DNA from: Candidatus Poribacteria bacterium
Lineage (GTDB): Bacteria; Poribacteria; WGA-4E; WGA-3G
Length of the DNA: 64,000 nt
NCBI GenBank assembly: GCA_965197475.1
Contig: CBDANF010000002.1
Location: 1,120,001 to 1,184,000, forward strand
Reading direction: 5' to 3'
The translations under genes were made by a program, and so were the position numbers. Numbering within the stretch: position 1 is the stretch's first letter; every line of letters begins with the position of its first letter. Positions 10,953 through 20,142 of the stretch are shown here, piece by piece. The notes beneath the pieces were generated by a model. That model did no database searches. It was given only the letters and a program-made list of their open reading frames with translations, and was not told where the DNA came from.

Positions 10953-10998
10953 AAGTAGAATGCACACACCGTGTGCCGAAGCCGAAGGAGAAAACACA

Positions 10999-13095
10999 AT
11001 GGGTTTTTTAGCAGGAGCGTTTGCTATTGCAGGTGCTGTAGGTGCATCTATTCCGCTCATAATCCACTTACTGAACAGGGAACGTGCGCGCCGACTTATC
11101 TTTAGTACTGTTCGTTTCATCCAGATGTCACATCAAACCAACGTGCAACGTCATAGGCTGAAACGGCTGCTTCTTCTACTTATGCGAATCTTGATGTTGA
11201 TACTCCTTGGCCTCGCCTTTGCACGACCTTTTATAGCGGCTGATCCTACAAATGCCCCCGTATTAGGCGGTGTGCGGAATGCGGTTATCATTTTGGATAC
11301 ATCCTATAGCATGCAATATGAAGACGTTTTTGCTCGTGCTAAAAAAGAGGCTATCAACCGTCTTGACGGTTTAGAGAGTGCCGATGCAGTTGCGCTTATC
11401 CTGTCTGCGGACAAAGCAAGGAAAGTTTTGCCCATTGAAACTGAGCATAATCATATCAGAACAACCATTGAAAGTTCAGAACCTACCTACTTTACGACAG
11501 ATTACCTTGACGCTATCCAAACTGCTGATGAAATACTTAAGGGTGTTTCGGTCGGTCAAAAACAGATATACCTTATCGCAGATTTGCAGAAAAACGGATG
11601 GGAAAACTTCCTTGAAACTGATCGGCTTAGCCCTGATGTAGACATTGAATTTGTTGATGTAGCCGTAGAACAACCCGACAACCGCGCAATTACGGGCATA
11701 AACGTCCCACCTATCGTTCTCGTTGAACAAAAGGATACCGAATTGGTGGCACGTGTACACAATTTCGGAACTGAACGGATCGAGAATCTACCTGTAAGCC
11801 TATTTATTGATGATAATAAAGTCGAAACGACTCAATTGGATATTGAACCTAATGACAGCACGGATGCCGCCTTTAAAATGAAAATAGATCTACAATCGGA
11901 GTCAGTACATGCGGGTTGGGTTGAAATTGATACTGATGCTTTGAAAGTTGATAACCGATACTATTTCACTGTGCAAAGCATGAGGTCCATTAAAGTGCAC
12001 TGCGTCAACGGCGAACAGAAAAGATCTGACATCGAAGATGAAACCTTCTTTTTGGCAAGAGCTCTCATAAACGTTGGCGATGAAGGAACACCTATCGATT
12101 ACACAGAATCTACCACATTTCCGTCCGCGGCTTCCCTGAAGAAATACGATGTGCTTATCCTTGCGAATGTTAAACAATTCACAGCAGCTGAGGCAGAAAG
12201 ATTGAAAACTTATGTGGATACGGGCGGCGGACTAATTATCGCTCTTGGGGATAAAGTTGATTCAAGTGTTTACCAGCAACACCTTGGCGGTACGGATAAC
12301 TCTCTAATGCCTTGTACCCTAATGCAAGCTGTCGGTGATCCTATTGGTAAGGATGAGTTCCAAGTAATCGCAAGTGTTGATTATCGCCATCCTATTTTCA
12401 TGCCGTTTAGCAATCCGAACCATGGCGATTTTGGCAAAGGGAGGTTTTATAAATATTTTCAGGCTGCCCTTACATCAGAAGCAACAGTTATCGCTGCTTT
12501 TGATGGTGGAAACCCCGCGCTACTTGAAAAAATTTACGGCAACGGACGCGTTCTCTGTTTTACTTCAACGATCGATCGTGAGTGGAACGATCTGCCGATA
12601 CATGCTGTCTATCTGCCATTTCTACACGAGACAATCAAATATCTTGCCTTAAAACAAGCTGGCAAAGTCCCTAACTATCGCGTTGGTGATGGTGTAGAAT
12701 ACAACGGGTCTCAAGATGCTGCTGGTAAAGAGATAGCCGTTTTCGACCCAGACCGCAAAGAAACACGGATGACATTGAATGAACAAGGGAGTCTCTTTTA
12801 TGAAAATACGGAACATCCCGGCATCTATTCCGTGCATCGTTCGGGTGAGCCACGACACTATTTTGTTGTCAATGTTGATACCCGCGAGTCAGACCTAACA
12901 CCACGTGATCCAGAAGAGTTGACCAGCATGCTTGTCGGTTCTACTGAAGTTGACCGTGCGCCGGCTAAACCTACACCTGAAGTTAAAAGAAAATATGAAG
13001 AAGATGTTGAGAAAAATCAAGGTATTGCAACTTATCTTCTTTTAGCAGTTTTCGCCTTAGCAATAACAGAAATGTTCCTCGCGAATCGGGTATAG
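10999..13095 (+). CDS. BatA N-terminal / vWA / CARDB-like / GATase-like membrane protein
   Basis: 'PLIIHLLNR', 'LAFARP', MIDAS 'LDTSYSM', C-terminal TM; RBS GGAG precedes ATG at 10999. Confidence 0.85.
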   Translation: MGFLAGAFAIAGAVGASIPLIIHLLNRERARRLIFSTVRFIQMSHQTNVQRHRLKRLLLLLMRILMLILLGLAFARPFIAADPTNAPVLGGVRNAVIILDTSYSMQYEDVFARAKKEAINRLDGLESADAVALILSADKARKVLPIETEHNHIRTTIESSEPTYFTTDYLDAIQTADEILKGVSVGQKQIYLIADLQKNGWENFLETDRLSPDVDIEFVDVAVEQPDNRAITGINVPPIVLVEQKDTELVARVHNFGTERIENLPVSLFIDDNKVETTQLDIEPNDSTDAAFKMKIDLQSESVHAGWVEIDTDALKVDNRYYFTVQSMRSIKVHCVNGEQKRSDIEDETFFLARALINVGDEGTPIDYTESTTFPSAASLKKYDVLILANVKQFTAAEAERLKTYVDTGGGLIIALGDKVDSSVYQQHLGGTDNSLMPCTLMQAVGDPIGKDEFQVIASVDYRHPIFMPFSNPNHGDFGKGRFYKYFQAALTSEATVIAAFDGGNPALLEKIYGNGRVLCFTSTIDREWNDLPIHAVYLPFLHETIKYLALKQAGKVPNYRVGDGVEYNGSQDAAGKEIAVFDPDRKETRMTLNEQGSLFYENTEHPGIYSVHRSGEPRHYFVVNVDTRESDLTPRDPEELTSMLVGSTEVDRAPAKPTPEVKRKYEEDVEKNQGIATYLLLAVFALAITEMFLANRV

Positions 13096-13219
13096 TTGCC
13101 GATATGGTGTCTTATTTAGTATCTTTAGATTCTGTTTCAAAGGCGTAAATTAGAAACAGTTTCAACGAAAAACATTTTTAGGTGAGTTTACAATGAAATG
13201 TAGGAGGTAATGTAAACAA

Positions 13220-14143
13220 ATGGGTCCTGAAACAACAGAACGAATTGATGTTCCAAATATTGTATCCAATAAGGAATGTCAATTTTTTATTGAAAACGGC
13301 TACCTTGTCGTGCCTAACTTGCTATCCGAAAGTGAGGTTGAAGAAATCAGGCAAGACACAACCACGCTTGCTCGCGGCGGCTATGAATGTGATAGCCTTA
13401 AACCGCTTCCAGATAACGTTACCGACGAAGATGCAATCGGCAGAATTCTTTGCATCCATCAACCCCATTTTGTTAGCGATACTATTGAAGAGTACGTCAA
13501 ACACCCAAAAATCTGCGGAATTTTGAGCCAAATTACTGCTGCACACCTGCCATTTTGGGATGGTAGTGTAAAGTGTATGCAATCAATGCTCTTCGTCAAA
13601 CCGCCTAATTTTCAGGGACAGGCGTGGCATCAAGATGAAATCTACATCCCTACGCGCGACCGTTCCTTAATCGGTGCGTGGATTGCTATGGATGATGCCA
13701 CGGTTGAGAACGGATGTTTGTGGGTGCTTCCGGGTTCACATCGGCAAGGTTACCTATATCCGCAACGCAACCACGAAAATCCTGACGAATTTGACTTCGC
13801 TCAAGAAAGTTATGGATTTGACGGTTCTGAGGAAGTACCCGTCGAAGTGACAACGGGTACGCTTGTCTTTTTTAACGGTTATCTGCTGCACCGTTCCCGT
13901 AAAAATCGTGGAGATACATTCCGACGTGTGCTTGTTAGCCACTACTGTAATTCATGGTCTCTACTGCCGTGGTCAATTCGGGAAGGGGAACGTCCTGCAA
14001 GTGCTGATCGGCGATGCATTACTCCGGTATCGGGTGTTGATCCTTATGCTTGGAAAGGTTACGATGATCCGCCTAAAAACGTAGGGTTGCGAACGTGCAA
14101 AGCGATTAGTGAATTACCACCTATCACACAGGAAAGTGAGTGA
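13220..14143 (+). CDS. Phytanoyl-CoA dioxygenase (PhyH) family protein
   Basis: 'WHQD', 'DDATVENGCLWVLPGSH', 'LHRS'. Confidence 0.9.
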   Translation: MGPETTERIDVPNIVSNKECQFFIENGYLVVPNLLSESEVEEIRQDTTTLARGGYECDSLKPLPDNVTDEDAIGRILCIHQPHFVSDTIEEYVKHPKICGILSQITAAHLPFWDGSVKCMQSMLFVKPPNFQGQAWHQDEIYIPTRDRSLIGAWIAMDDATVENGCLWVLPGSHRQGYLYPQRNHENPDEFDFAQESYGFDGSEEVPVEVTTGTLVFFNGYLLHRSRKNRGDTFRRVLVSHYCNSWSLLPWSIREGERPASADRRCITPVSGVDPYAWKGYDDPPKNVGLRTCKAISELPPITQESE

Positions 14144-14352
14144 AACCGATGACGACACAACAAGCTTCTGAGCTACAGAATACATTGGAAACCATGTTAA
14201 ACCGTATCGCTGCGGGAGACGATATTACTGAACAACTTCTTAGGATTGAGCAGTTGTCTACTGACATTGAATCAACTGTGCCCACAATGCTTAAGCACTA
14301 TCTGCAACGGAAAAGTTATACAAAAGCGTTAGATTTTCTTAAAGATATGTAA
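14140..14352 (+). CDS. Small hypothetical protein
   Basis: 70-aa ORF overlapping the upstream stop (GTGA); 'HYLQRKSYTKAL'. Confidence 0.7.
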   Translation: MKPMTTQQASELQNTLETMLNRIAAGDDITEQLLRIEQLSTDIESTVPTMLKHYLQRKSYTKALDFLKDM

Positions 14353-14488
14353 GGATATTGCCCAAATAGGAATTTTCCACTTTCTTGCTTAACTTTATAC
14401 TTTTTGGTATTTTGCTATAATATCCCATACACATTCACAAACTTTGAGGTTATCACCTCATCCATCTAACAAATAAGAAGAAATTCAC

Positions 14489-15637
14489 ATGAAAACTGTC
14501 TTGAAAGAAATCATAACAAGCCGAACTGTTATCGTAACCTTCATTGGCTGCCTGATATTTTTAGGCACACTACAACTATTAGTCGTCAAAGGGTGTAATA
14601 ATGAAGCTGGCAAAAGTATAATAAATGAGCTGCATCCATATATATCGGAAGCAGACCTACATTCAACCGAACCGATAGCAGTTCCGCCTTTTCCTGAACC
14701 CTCACTGGAGGGACTTGTGGCACAACTGAAAGCGGAACTTGGGCTTACCGATGCTGAGATAGCAGAGACTGCGGAACTTATAGCGAAAGAACGCGTACTT
14801 GACATCGTAAACTACATGGACAGTCGCCGTGGTCCCGAAGCGAGGCAGGTTGCGTGGGAACAACGTAAGCGACTCGCTGTTGCGAAACCTGAACTGCTAT
14901 GGACACCCGGCTTCGTCTTACCTCCCACACTTGATGTAATGGAGCTAAGAGATACATCTTTATATAACTACAACACGAAAGAAGGGGACGATTTTACAGT
15001 CACCGAAGAACAAAACCAAAGAATTTATGATCTGCGAGGCCAAGCACAGAGAGGTGAAATTTCTTCGGAAGAATATCGTAGAGAAGGCGGGAAAATTCAG
15101 GTGGAGAACCTTGATCCCCTAACCGCTGCGAAGCATTTTCTAACATATTCAAGCGTAGGTTCCATAAAGGCAGAACTTGGCATTGAATACGCCGAGCGCG
15201 CCATTAATGAAAACCCCAATTCTTTTGAGGCACATCATGTCTGGACATTCTGCAACCGCATGTTCTATTTGGGAACAGACAACGAGAAAGTGATAGCAGG
15301 GTACCGCAATCTGGTTGACAGATTCCCGAATTCCTCCATTGCACTTCAAGATCTGAGTTGGGCACTGTATCATTTGTATTCGGGCCCGGATTTGTATGCC
15401 TACCCAGAGGAGGCACTCGATGCTGTCCAACGCGCAATTCAACTTGATGACCGCATTGAACGAAATAATCAATTATTAGCTCGTAGTTATCATAAACTCG
15501 GGGAATATGAAAAAGCACTTGCTGTTTACCAAGGAATGTCCGAAGTATTCTATGGTCACGCAGGTGGGCTTCTCACACCTATTTATGAGCTTCAACGCAA
15601 AGTTTACAATCAACGGCAGCAACAACAAGGCGAATAA
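14489..15637 (+). CDS. Membrane-anchored TPR protein, paralog 1
   Basis: N-terminal TM helix; TPR-like helices 'YAERAINENP', 'EEALDAVQRAIQLD', 'LGEYEKALAVY'. Confidence 0.85.
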   Translation: MKTVLKEIITSRTVIVTFIGCLIFLGTLQLLVVKGCNNEAGKSIINELHPYISEADLHSTEPIAVPPFPEPSLEGLVAQLKAELGLTDAEIAETAELIAKERVLDIVNYMDSRRGPEARQVAWEQRKRLAVAKPELLWTPGFVLPPTLDVMELRDTSLYNYNTKEGDDFTVTEEQNQRIYDLRGQAQRGEISSEEYRREGGKIQVENLDPLTAAKHFLTYSSVGSIKAELGIEYAERAINENPNSFEAHHVWTFCNRMFYLGTDNEKVIAGYRNLVDRFPNSSIALQDLSWALYHLYSGPDLYAYPEEALDAVQRAIQLDDRIERNNQLLARSYHKLGEYEKALAVYQGMSEVFYGHAGGLLTPIYELQRKVYNQRQQQQGE

Positions 15638-16121
15638 TGTCAAAGAGAAACAGAAACCGTAACAATCAGGAAAGTGTAGTGCTTTGTCAAGTTTATATTT
15701 ATGGGTACAAGCCGCGATTAGAAGATCGCTTCTACAGAACCTGAAAAGTAGGAAGGAACTCCGATTCCCGACTATGTCACGACTCACCATTTGAAAGTGG
15801 ACATAACAGTAGAGGTTTTTAATACTAACCGCCACTGCCACTACAATATCTTTTATATTATTACAAAAAGGAATTTAAACATGCCAAAAACTATAACTTT
15901 ACGCAATAAGTAGTTTTGGACTTGCAAAAAACATGTGAAAAAGTGTGATAAACCCTTGTGTAGACAAGGTTTATATGGTATAATATAGATAAGAAAAAAG
16001 GGAGGTTGTAGCCTCCCAATTAACCCAAAAAGCAGAGTTGCTTTCTGAAGGTTCTAATCTTATCTGATATTATATCAGAAATCCGTCAGAAAAAGCAACT
16101 CCTATTTCAAGGAGTTATCTG

Positions 16122-17003
16122 ATGGATTTAATCAAGGTCATGGAACGTTTCCCCGATCAAGAGAGTTGTATTGCACATTTAGAGAAGATTCGTTGGCGAG
16201 GTAAACCTGTGTGTCCGCATTGTGAAAGCGATCATATAGGAGAACGGACAGAAACAGAAATCGGTCGTATCGGTCGTTGGAACTGCCACGAGTGCCAAGT
16301 GAGTTTCAAGGTGACGTGCAGGTCGGTGTTTCACGGGACAAAGATAGCGTTACAGAAGTGGTTTTTGGCTATTTCGTTGATAACGAATGCGAAGAAAAGT
16401 TTGTCAAGGCATCAACTGGCGCGCGATTTAGACTTGAATCAAAAGACAGCATGGTTTATGATGGCACGTATTCGTGCTGAAATGGCAAAGAAAGGCGGGG
16501 CTTTACTACAAGGTATCATTGAAGCAGATGAGACCTATATTGGCGGTAAACCTCGTAAAAAGAACAAACGTGAAGATGATGAACCACATAAACGTGGCAG
16601 AGGAACGGAGAAAACTGCTATAATAGGAGCAGTGCAACGTGGGGGTAGGGTTGTCGCACAGGTGGCACATAACCTCACAGGACGCACTATCCTTGAGTTT
16701 ATTCGGAGTGCTGTAAACCTAAAGGACTCGGAACTAATAACCGATGAGTATCAGGCTTACAACGCTATTGGAAAGGAAATGAAGCACGCTGTTATCAACC
16801 ACAAGGTGCAGTTTGCTGATGGTGATACACATACAAACACGATTGAAGGGTTCTGGTCACTACTCAAACGGGCTTGGTATGGACAGCATCACCATTATCA
16901 GACAGGATACACACCGCTGTATGTGGCGGAAGCGTGCTATAAGTATAACTATAGGAGCGTTGACAGCTTGTTTGTCAAGTTTGTCAACGAAAGTATGTTG
17001 TGA
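16122..17003 (+). CDS. IS1595-family transposase
   Basis: Zn ribbon CPHC...CHEC, 'EADETYIGG', 'ITDEYQAY', 'HTNTIEGFWSLLKR'. Confidence 0.95.
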   Translation: MDLIKVMERFPDQESCIAHLEKIRWRGKPVCPHCESDHIGERTETEIGRIGRWNCHECQVSFKVTCRSVFHGTKIALQKWFLAISLITNAKKSLSRHQLARDLDLNQKTAWFMMARIRAEMAKKGGALLQGIIEADETYIGGKPRKKNKREDDEPHKRGRGTEKTAIIGAVQRGGRVVAQVAHNLTGRTILEFIRSAVNLKDSELITDEYQAYNAIGKEMKHAVINHKVQFADGDTHTNTIEGFWSLLKRAWYGQHHHYQTGYTPLYVAEACYKYNYRSVDSLFVKFVNESML

Positions 17004-17233
17004 GAGAAGTTAGAGATTCTATGGCAGATGTATTGAGTCAGCACGGACTAGATAAGAAAAGTGATAGTCCTTCAAGATCTGCTCTTTCTGAAACAGAATT
17101 CTTTGAAGAATTTTGTATCGTTGCTGAATATTTCATCGATGCATTTCACAGGTATGTTGAAGAATTCAGGACTGCCGATAATGTTCCTCAGACAAAACAT
17201 TCTGGGAAAACAAGTGAGCTTGACACCGGTTGA
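17000..17233 (+). CDS. Small hypothetical passenger protein
   Basis: 77-aa ORF overlapping the transposase stop (GTGA). Confidence 0.4.
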   Translation: MREVRDSMADVLSQHGLDKKSDSPSRSALSETEFFEEFCIVAEYFIDAFHRYVEEFRTADNVPQTKHSGKTSELDTG

Positions 17234-17438
17234 GTGCGTCCATAAAATTATCAAAAGTGGTTAACATTTCCTCTTTTGATTTGAATTCTAACACCATTTT
17301 TGCGCGTTCTTTGTGATGTATGTAGATGTAGAAACTACTTTTTGCGCTTATGTGGCGTTCTTCAGTTTCAATTCTCTGACACATAGCCAAGTTTAATGCT
17401 TTTCTTTCATTATTTTCGGTATATTCAACGAAAAACAT
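17166..17438 (-). CDS. Hypothetical passenger protein
   Basis: 90-aa ORF preceded by RBS AGGAG. Confidence 0.6.
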   Translation of the reverse strand: MFFVEYTENNERKALNLAMCQRIETEERHISAKSSFYIYIHHKERAKMVLEFKSKEEMLTTFDNFMDALNRCQAHLFSQNVLSEEHYRQS

Positions 17439-17493
17439 GATTTTAATCTCCTTTGGAGTTAGAGGGGACAGGGTCCCCTCGTTGTCAGAGTTG

Positions 17494-17868
17494 TTATAAG
17501 TATTCGGGGATTACTTCTGACACGCTGGTTATTGCTACAGCAATAGATAGTTCACTCTTTAAGCTCCATGTCGAGCATATAAGTGAGACAACAATCATAC
17601 GTAAACCAAAAGGTTCAGATGGTTCACCAAGAGTTGCTGTATGCAAAATGCATTCGGTAAATTCATCGCGCTTTTCATTGGGCACACCAAAGGTGAGAGC
17701 AAACCCTCTAATAATCGTTTCATACAATTGCTTTTTGGGAGTATCAGAAGGGTTTAGATCACGCAAGGTTTCATAATGTGTCAATGCAAGACGAGGGAAT
17801 TCCCTTATAAGCCACTTATCTCTATCTTTGTGTTTCCTGCGTTCTTTCCAATCTGAAAACAAAGACAT
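17494..17868 (-). CDS. Hypothetical passenger protein
   Basis: 124-aa ORF preceded by RBS AAGGAG. Confidence 0.65.
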   Translation of the reverse strand: MSLFSDWKERRKHKDRDKWLIREFPRLALTHYETLRDLNPSDTPKKQLYETIIRGFALTFGVPNEKRDEFTECILHTATLGEPSEPFGLRMIVVSLICSTWSLKSELSIAVAITSVSEVIPEYL

Positions 17869-17989
17869 AATAGTCTCCTTGTGTAAAAGGGAGTGGTTTC
17901 AGCGATGTAATAAGCTAAATGCAAAGCGATTATTATGTCGCTGATTCTATAAATATGATGTTAACTGTTTGGTTCACGAGAACTATACA

Positions 17990-18072
17990 CACGAAACTTT
18001 CCAATGTTACTTGGTTATGGTAGAGACCGCGCCTTGCGACGCGGGTAACATTCTCTACCAAAGTTTTCGTGA
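17990..18072 (-). ncRNA. Candidate pseudoknotted structured RNA
   Basis: Manual fold: three stems, GCAA tetraloop, 6-bp bulge-loop pseudoknot; begins just below a sigma70-like promoter. Confidence 0.55.
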
Positions 18073-18079
18073 TGTTAAT

Positions 18080-18108
18080 AGGATACTATACTGGCAGGAT
18101 TTTGTCAA
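18080..18108 (-). promoter_or_regulatory. Sigma70-like promoter driving the passenger operon
   Basis: TTGACA-17 nt-TATCCT on the minus strand. Confidence 0.6.
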
Positions 18109-18203
18109 GTAAAAAATTTGAGAAAAATTTTCAAGTCCAAAACTACTCATTGCGTAACTTTATGTCTAACACTTGTCACTGAGTAGAAAATGGATATATC
18201 TTA

Positions 18204-18326
18204 CAGGACGGACGCATTCCCCCTTGATAAGGGGGGTTAGGGGGGTTAAATAAGCAGAATTTTGGTATTTTAACCCCCTAAATCCCCCTTATCAGCGGGA
18301 CTTTAAGAGGAAATGCGTCCGTCCTG
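18204..18326. mobile_element. MITE family A, copy 5
   Basis: TIRs present, TSD TCTTA. Confidence 0.9.
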
Positions 18327-18445
18327 TCTTAGTTTTCATAGAAACACGATAAATGCTGGGACAACCGCAGGGTGCTAATTTTTCACGTGATAAAAAAGAG
18401 AAACGTGGTATAATTTACTAAAATCAAAAATGCGGAGGAATTCCC

Positions 18446-19594
18446 ATGAAAACCTTCTTGAAAGAAATCATAATGAGTCGTCCTGTGATTATTACCTTCA
18501 TTGGCTGCCTACTCTTTTTCGGATCGCTTCTACTTTTTGTAATCAAAGGGTGTAATAATGAAGCTGGCAAGAGTATAATAAACGAGATCCATCCATATAT
18601 ATCGGAAGCAGACCTACGTTCGACCGAACCGATAGCAGTTGCGCCTTTTCCTGAACCCTCACTGGAGGGACTTGTGGCACAACTGAAAGCGGAACTTGGG
18701 CTTACCGATGCTGAGATAGCAGAGACTGCGGAACTTATAGCGAAAGAACGCGAACTTGACATCGTAAACTACATGGACAGTCGCCGTGGCGTAGCAGCGA
18801 GGCAGACTGCGTGGGAACAACGTAAGCGACTCGCTGTTGCGAAACCTGAACTTCTATGGACCCCCGGTTTCGTCTTACCGCCCGCACTTGATGTGATGGA
18901 GTTAAGAGATATATCTTTATATAACTACGATACGAAAGCGGGGGACGATTTCACAATTACCTCAGAACAACGGCAAAGAATGTCTAACCTGCGAAGCCAA
19001 GCACAGAGAGGTGAAATTTCTGATGAAGAATATAGTAGAGAAGCTGGGAAAATTGCGGTTGAGAACCTTGATCCCTTAACTGCTGCAAAGCATTTTCTAA
19101 CGCATGCAGGCGTAGGTTCCATAGATGCTGAACTCGGTATTGAATACGCCGAGCGCGCCATTAATGAAAACCCCGATTCCTTTGAGGCACATCATGTCTG
19201 GACATTCTGCAACCGCATGTTCTATTTGGGAACAGACAACGAGAAAGTGATAGCAGGGTACCGCAATCTGGTTGACAGATTCCCGAATTCCTCCATTGCA
19301 CTTCAAGATCTGAGTTGGGCACTGTATCATTTGTATTCGGGCCCGGATTTGTATGCCTACCCAGAGGAGGCACTCGATGCTGTCCAACGCGCAATTCAAC
19401 TTGATGACCGCATTGAACGAAATAATCAATTATTAGCTCGTAGTTATCATAAACTCGGGGAATATGAAAAAGCACTTGCTGTTTACCAAGGAATGTCCGA
19501 AGTATTCTATGGTCGCGCAGGTGGGCTTCTCACACCTATTTATGAGCTTCAACGCAAAGTTTACAATCAACGGCAGCAACAACAAGGCGAATAA
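18446..19594 (+). CDS. Membrane-anchored TPR protein, paralog 2
   Basis: 382 aa, closely similar to paralog 1; RBS GGAGG. Confidence 0.85.
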   Translation: MKTFLKEIIMSRPVIITFIGCLLFFGSLLLFVIKGCNNEAGKSIINEIHPYISEADLRSTEPIAVAPFPEPSLEGLVAQLKAELGLTDAEIAETAELIAKERELDIVNYMDSRRGVAARQTAWEQRKRLAVAKPELLWTPGFVLPPALDVMELRDISLYNYDTKAGDDFTITSEQRQRMSNLRSQAQRGEISDEEYSREAGKIAVENLDPLTAAKHFLTHAGVGSIDAELGIEYAERAINENPDSFEAHHVWTFCNRMFYLGTDNEKVIAGYRNLVDRFPNSSIALQDLSWALYHLYSGPDLYAYPEEALDAVQRAIQLDDRIERNNQLLARSYHKLGEYEKALAVYQGMSEVFYGRAGGLLTPIYELQRKVYNQRQQQQGE

Positions 19595-19899
19595 TGTCAA
19601 AGAGAAACAGAAACCGTAACAATCAGGAAAGTGTAGTGCTTTGTCAAGTTTATATTTATGGGTATAAGCCGCGATTAGAAGATCGCTTCTACAGAACCTG
19701 AAAAGTAGGAGGGAACTCCGATTCCCGACTATGTCACGACTCACCATTTGAAAGTGGACATAACAGTAGAGGTTTTTAATACTAACCGCCACTGCCACTA
19801 CAATATCTTTTATATTATTACAAAAAGGAATTTAAACATGCCAAAAACTATAACTTTATGTCTAACACTTGTCACTGAGTAGAAAATGGATATATCTTA

Positions 19900-20023
19900 C
19901 AGGACGGACGCATTCCCCCTTGATAAGGGGGGTTAGGGGGGTTAAAAGTCCTTATTTTTGGTGTTTTTAACCCCCTAAATCCCCCTTATCAGGGGGACTT
20001 TAAGAGGAAATGCGTCCGTCCTG
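19900..20023. mobile_element. MITE family A, copy 6
   Basis: TIRs present, TSD TCTTA, same flanks as copy 5. Confidence 0.9.
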
Positions 20024-20142
20024 TCTTAGTTTTCATAGAAACACGATAAATGCTGGGACAACCGCAGGGTGCTAATTTTTCACGTGATAAAAAAGAGAAA
20101 CGTGGTATAATTTACTAAAATCAAAAATGCGGAGGAATTCCC

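Larger units (their letters stand above)
15902..18154 (+). mobile_element. IS1595-family element with passenger genes (transporter IS)
   Basis: 23-bp TIR CGCAAT(A/G)AGTAGTTTTGGACTTG; 8-bp TSD TAACTTTA (15894-15901 and 18155-18162); the empty site is visible in the paralogous spacer near 19851. Confidence 0.95.
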
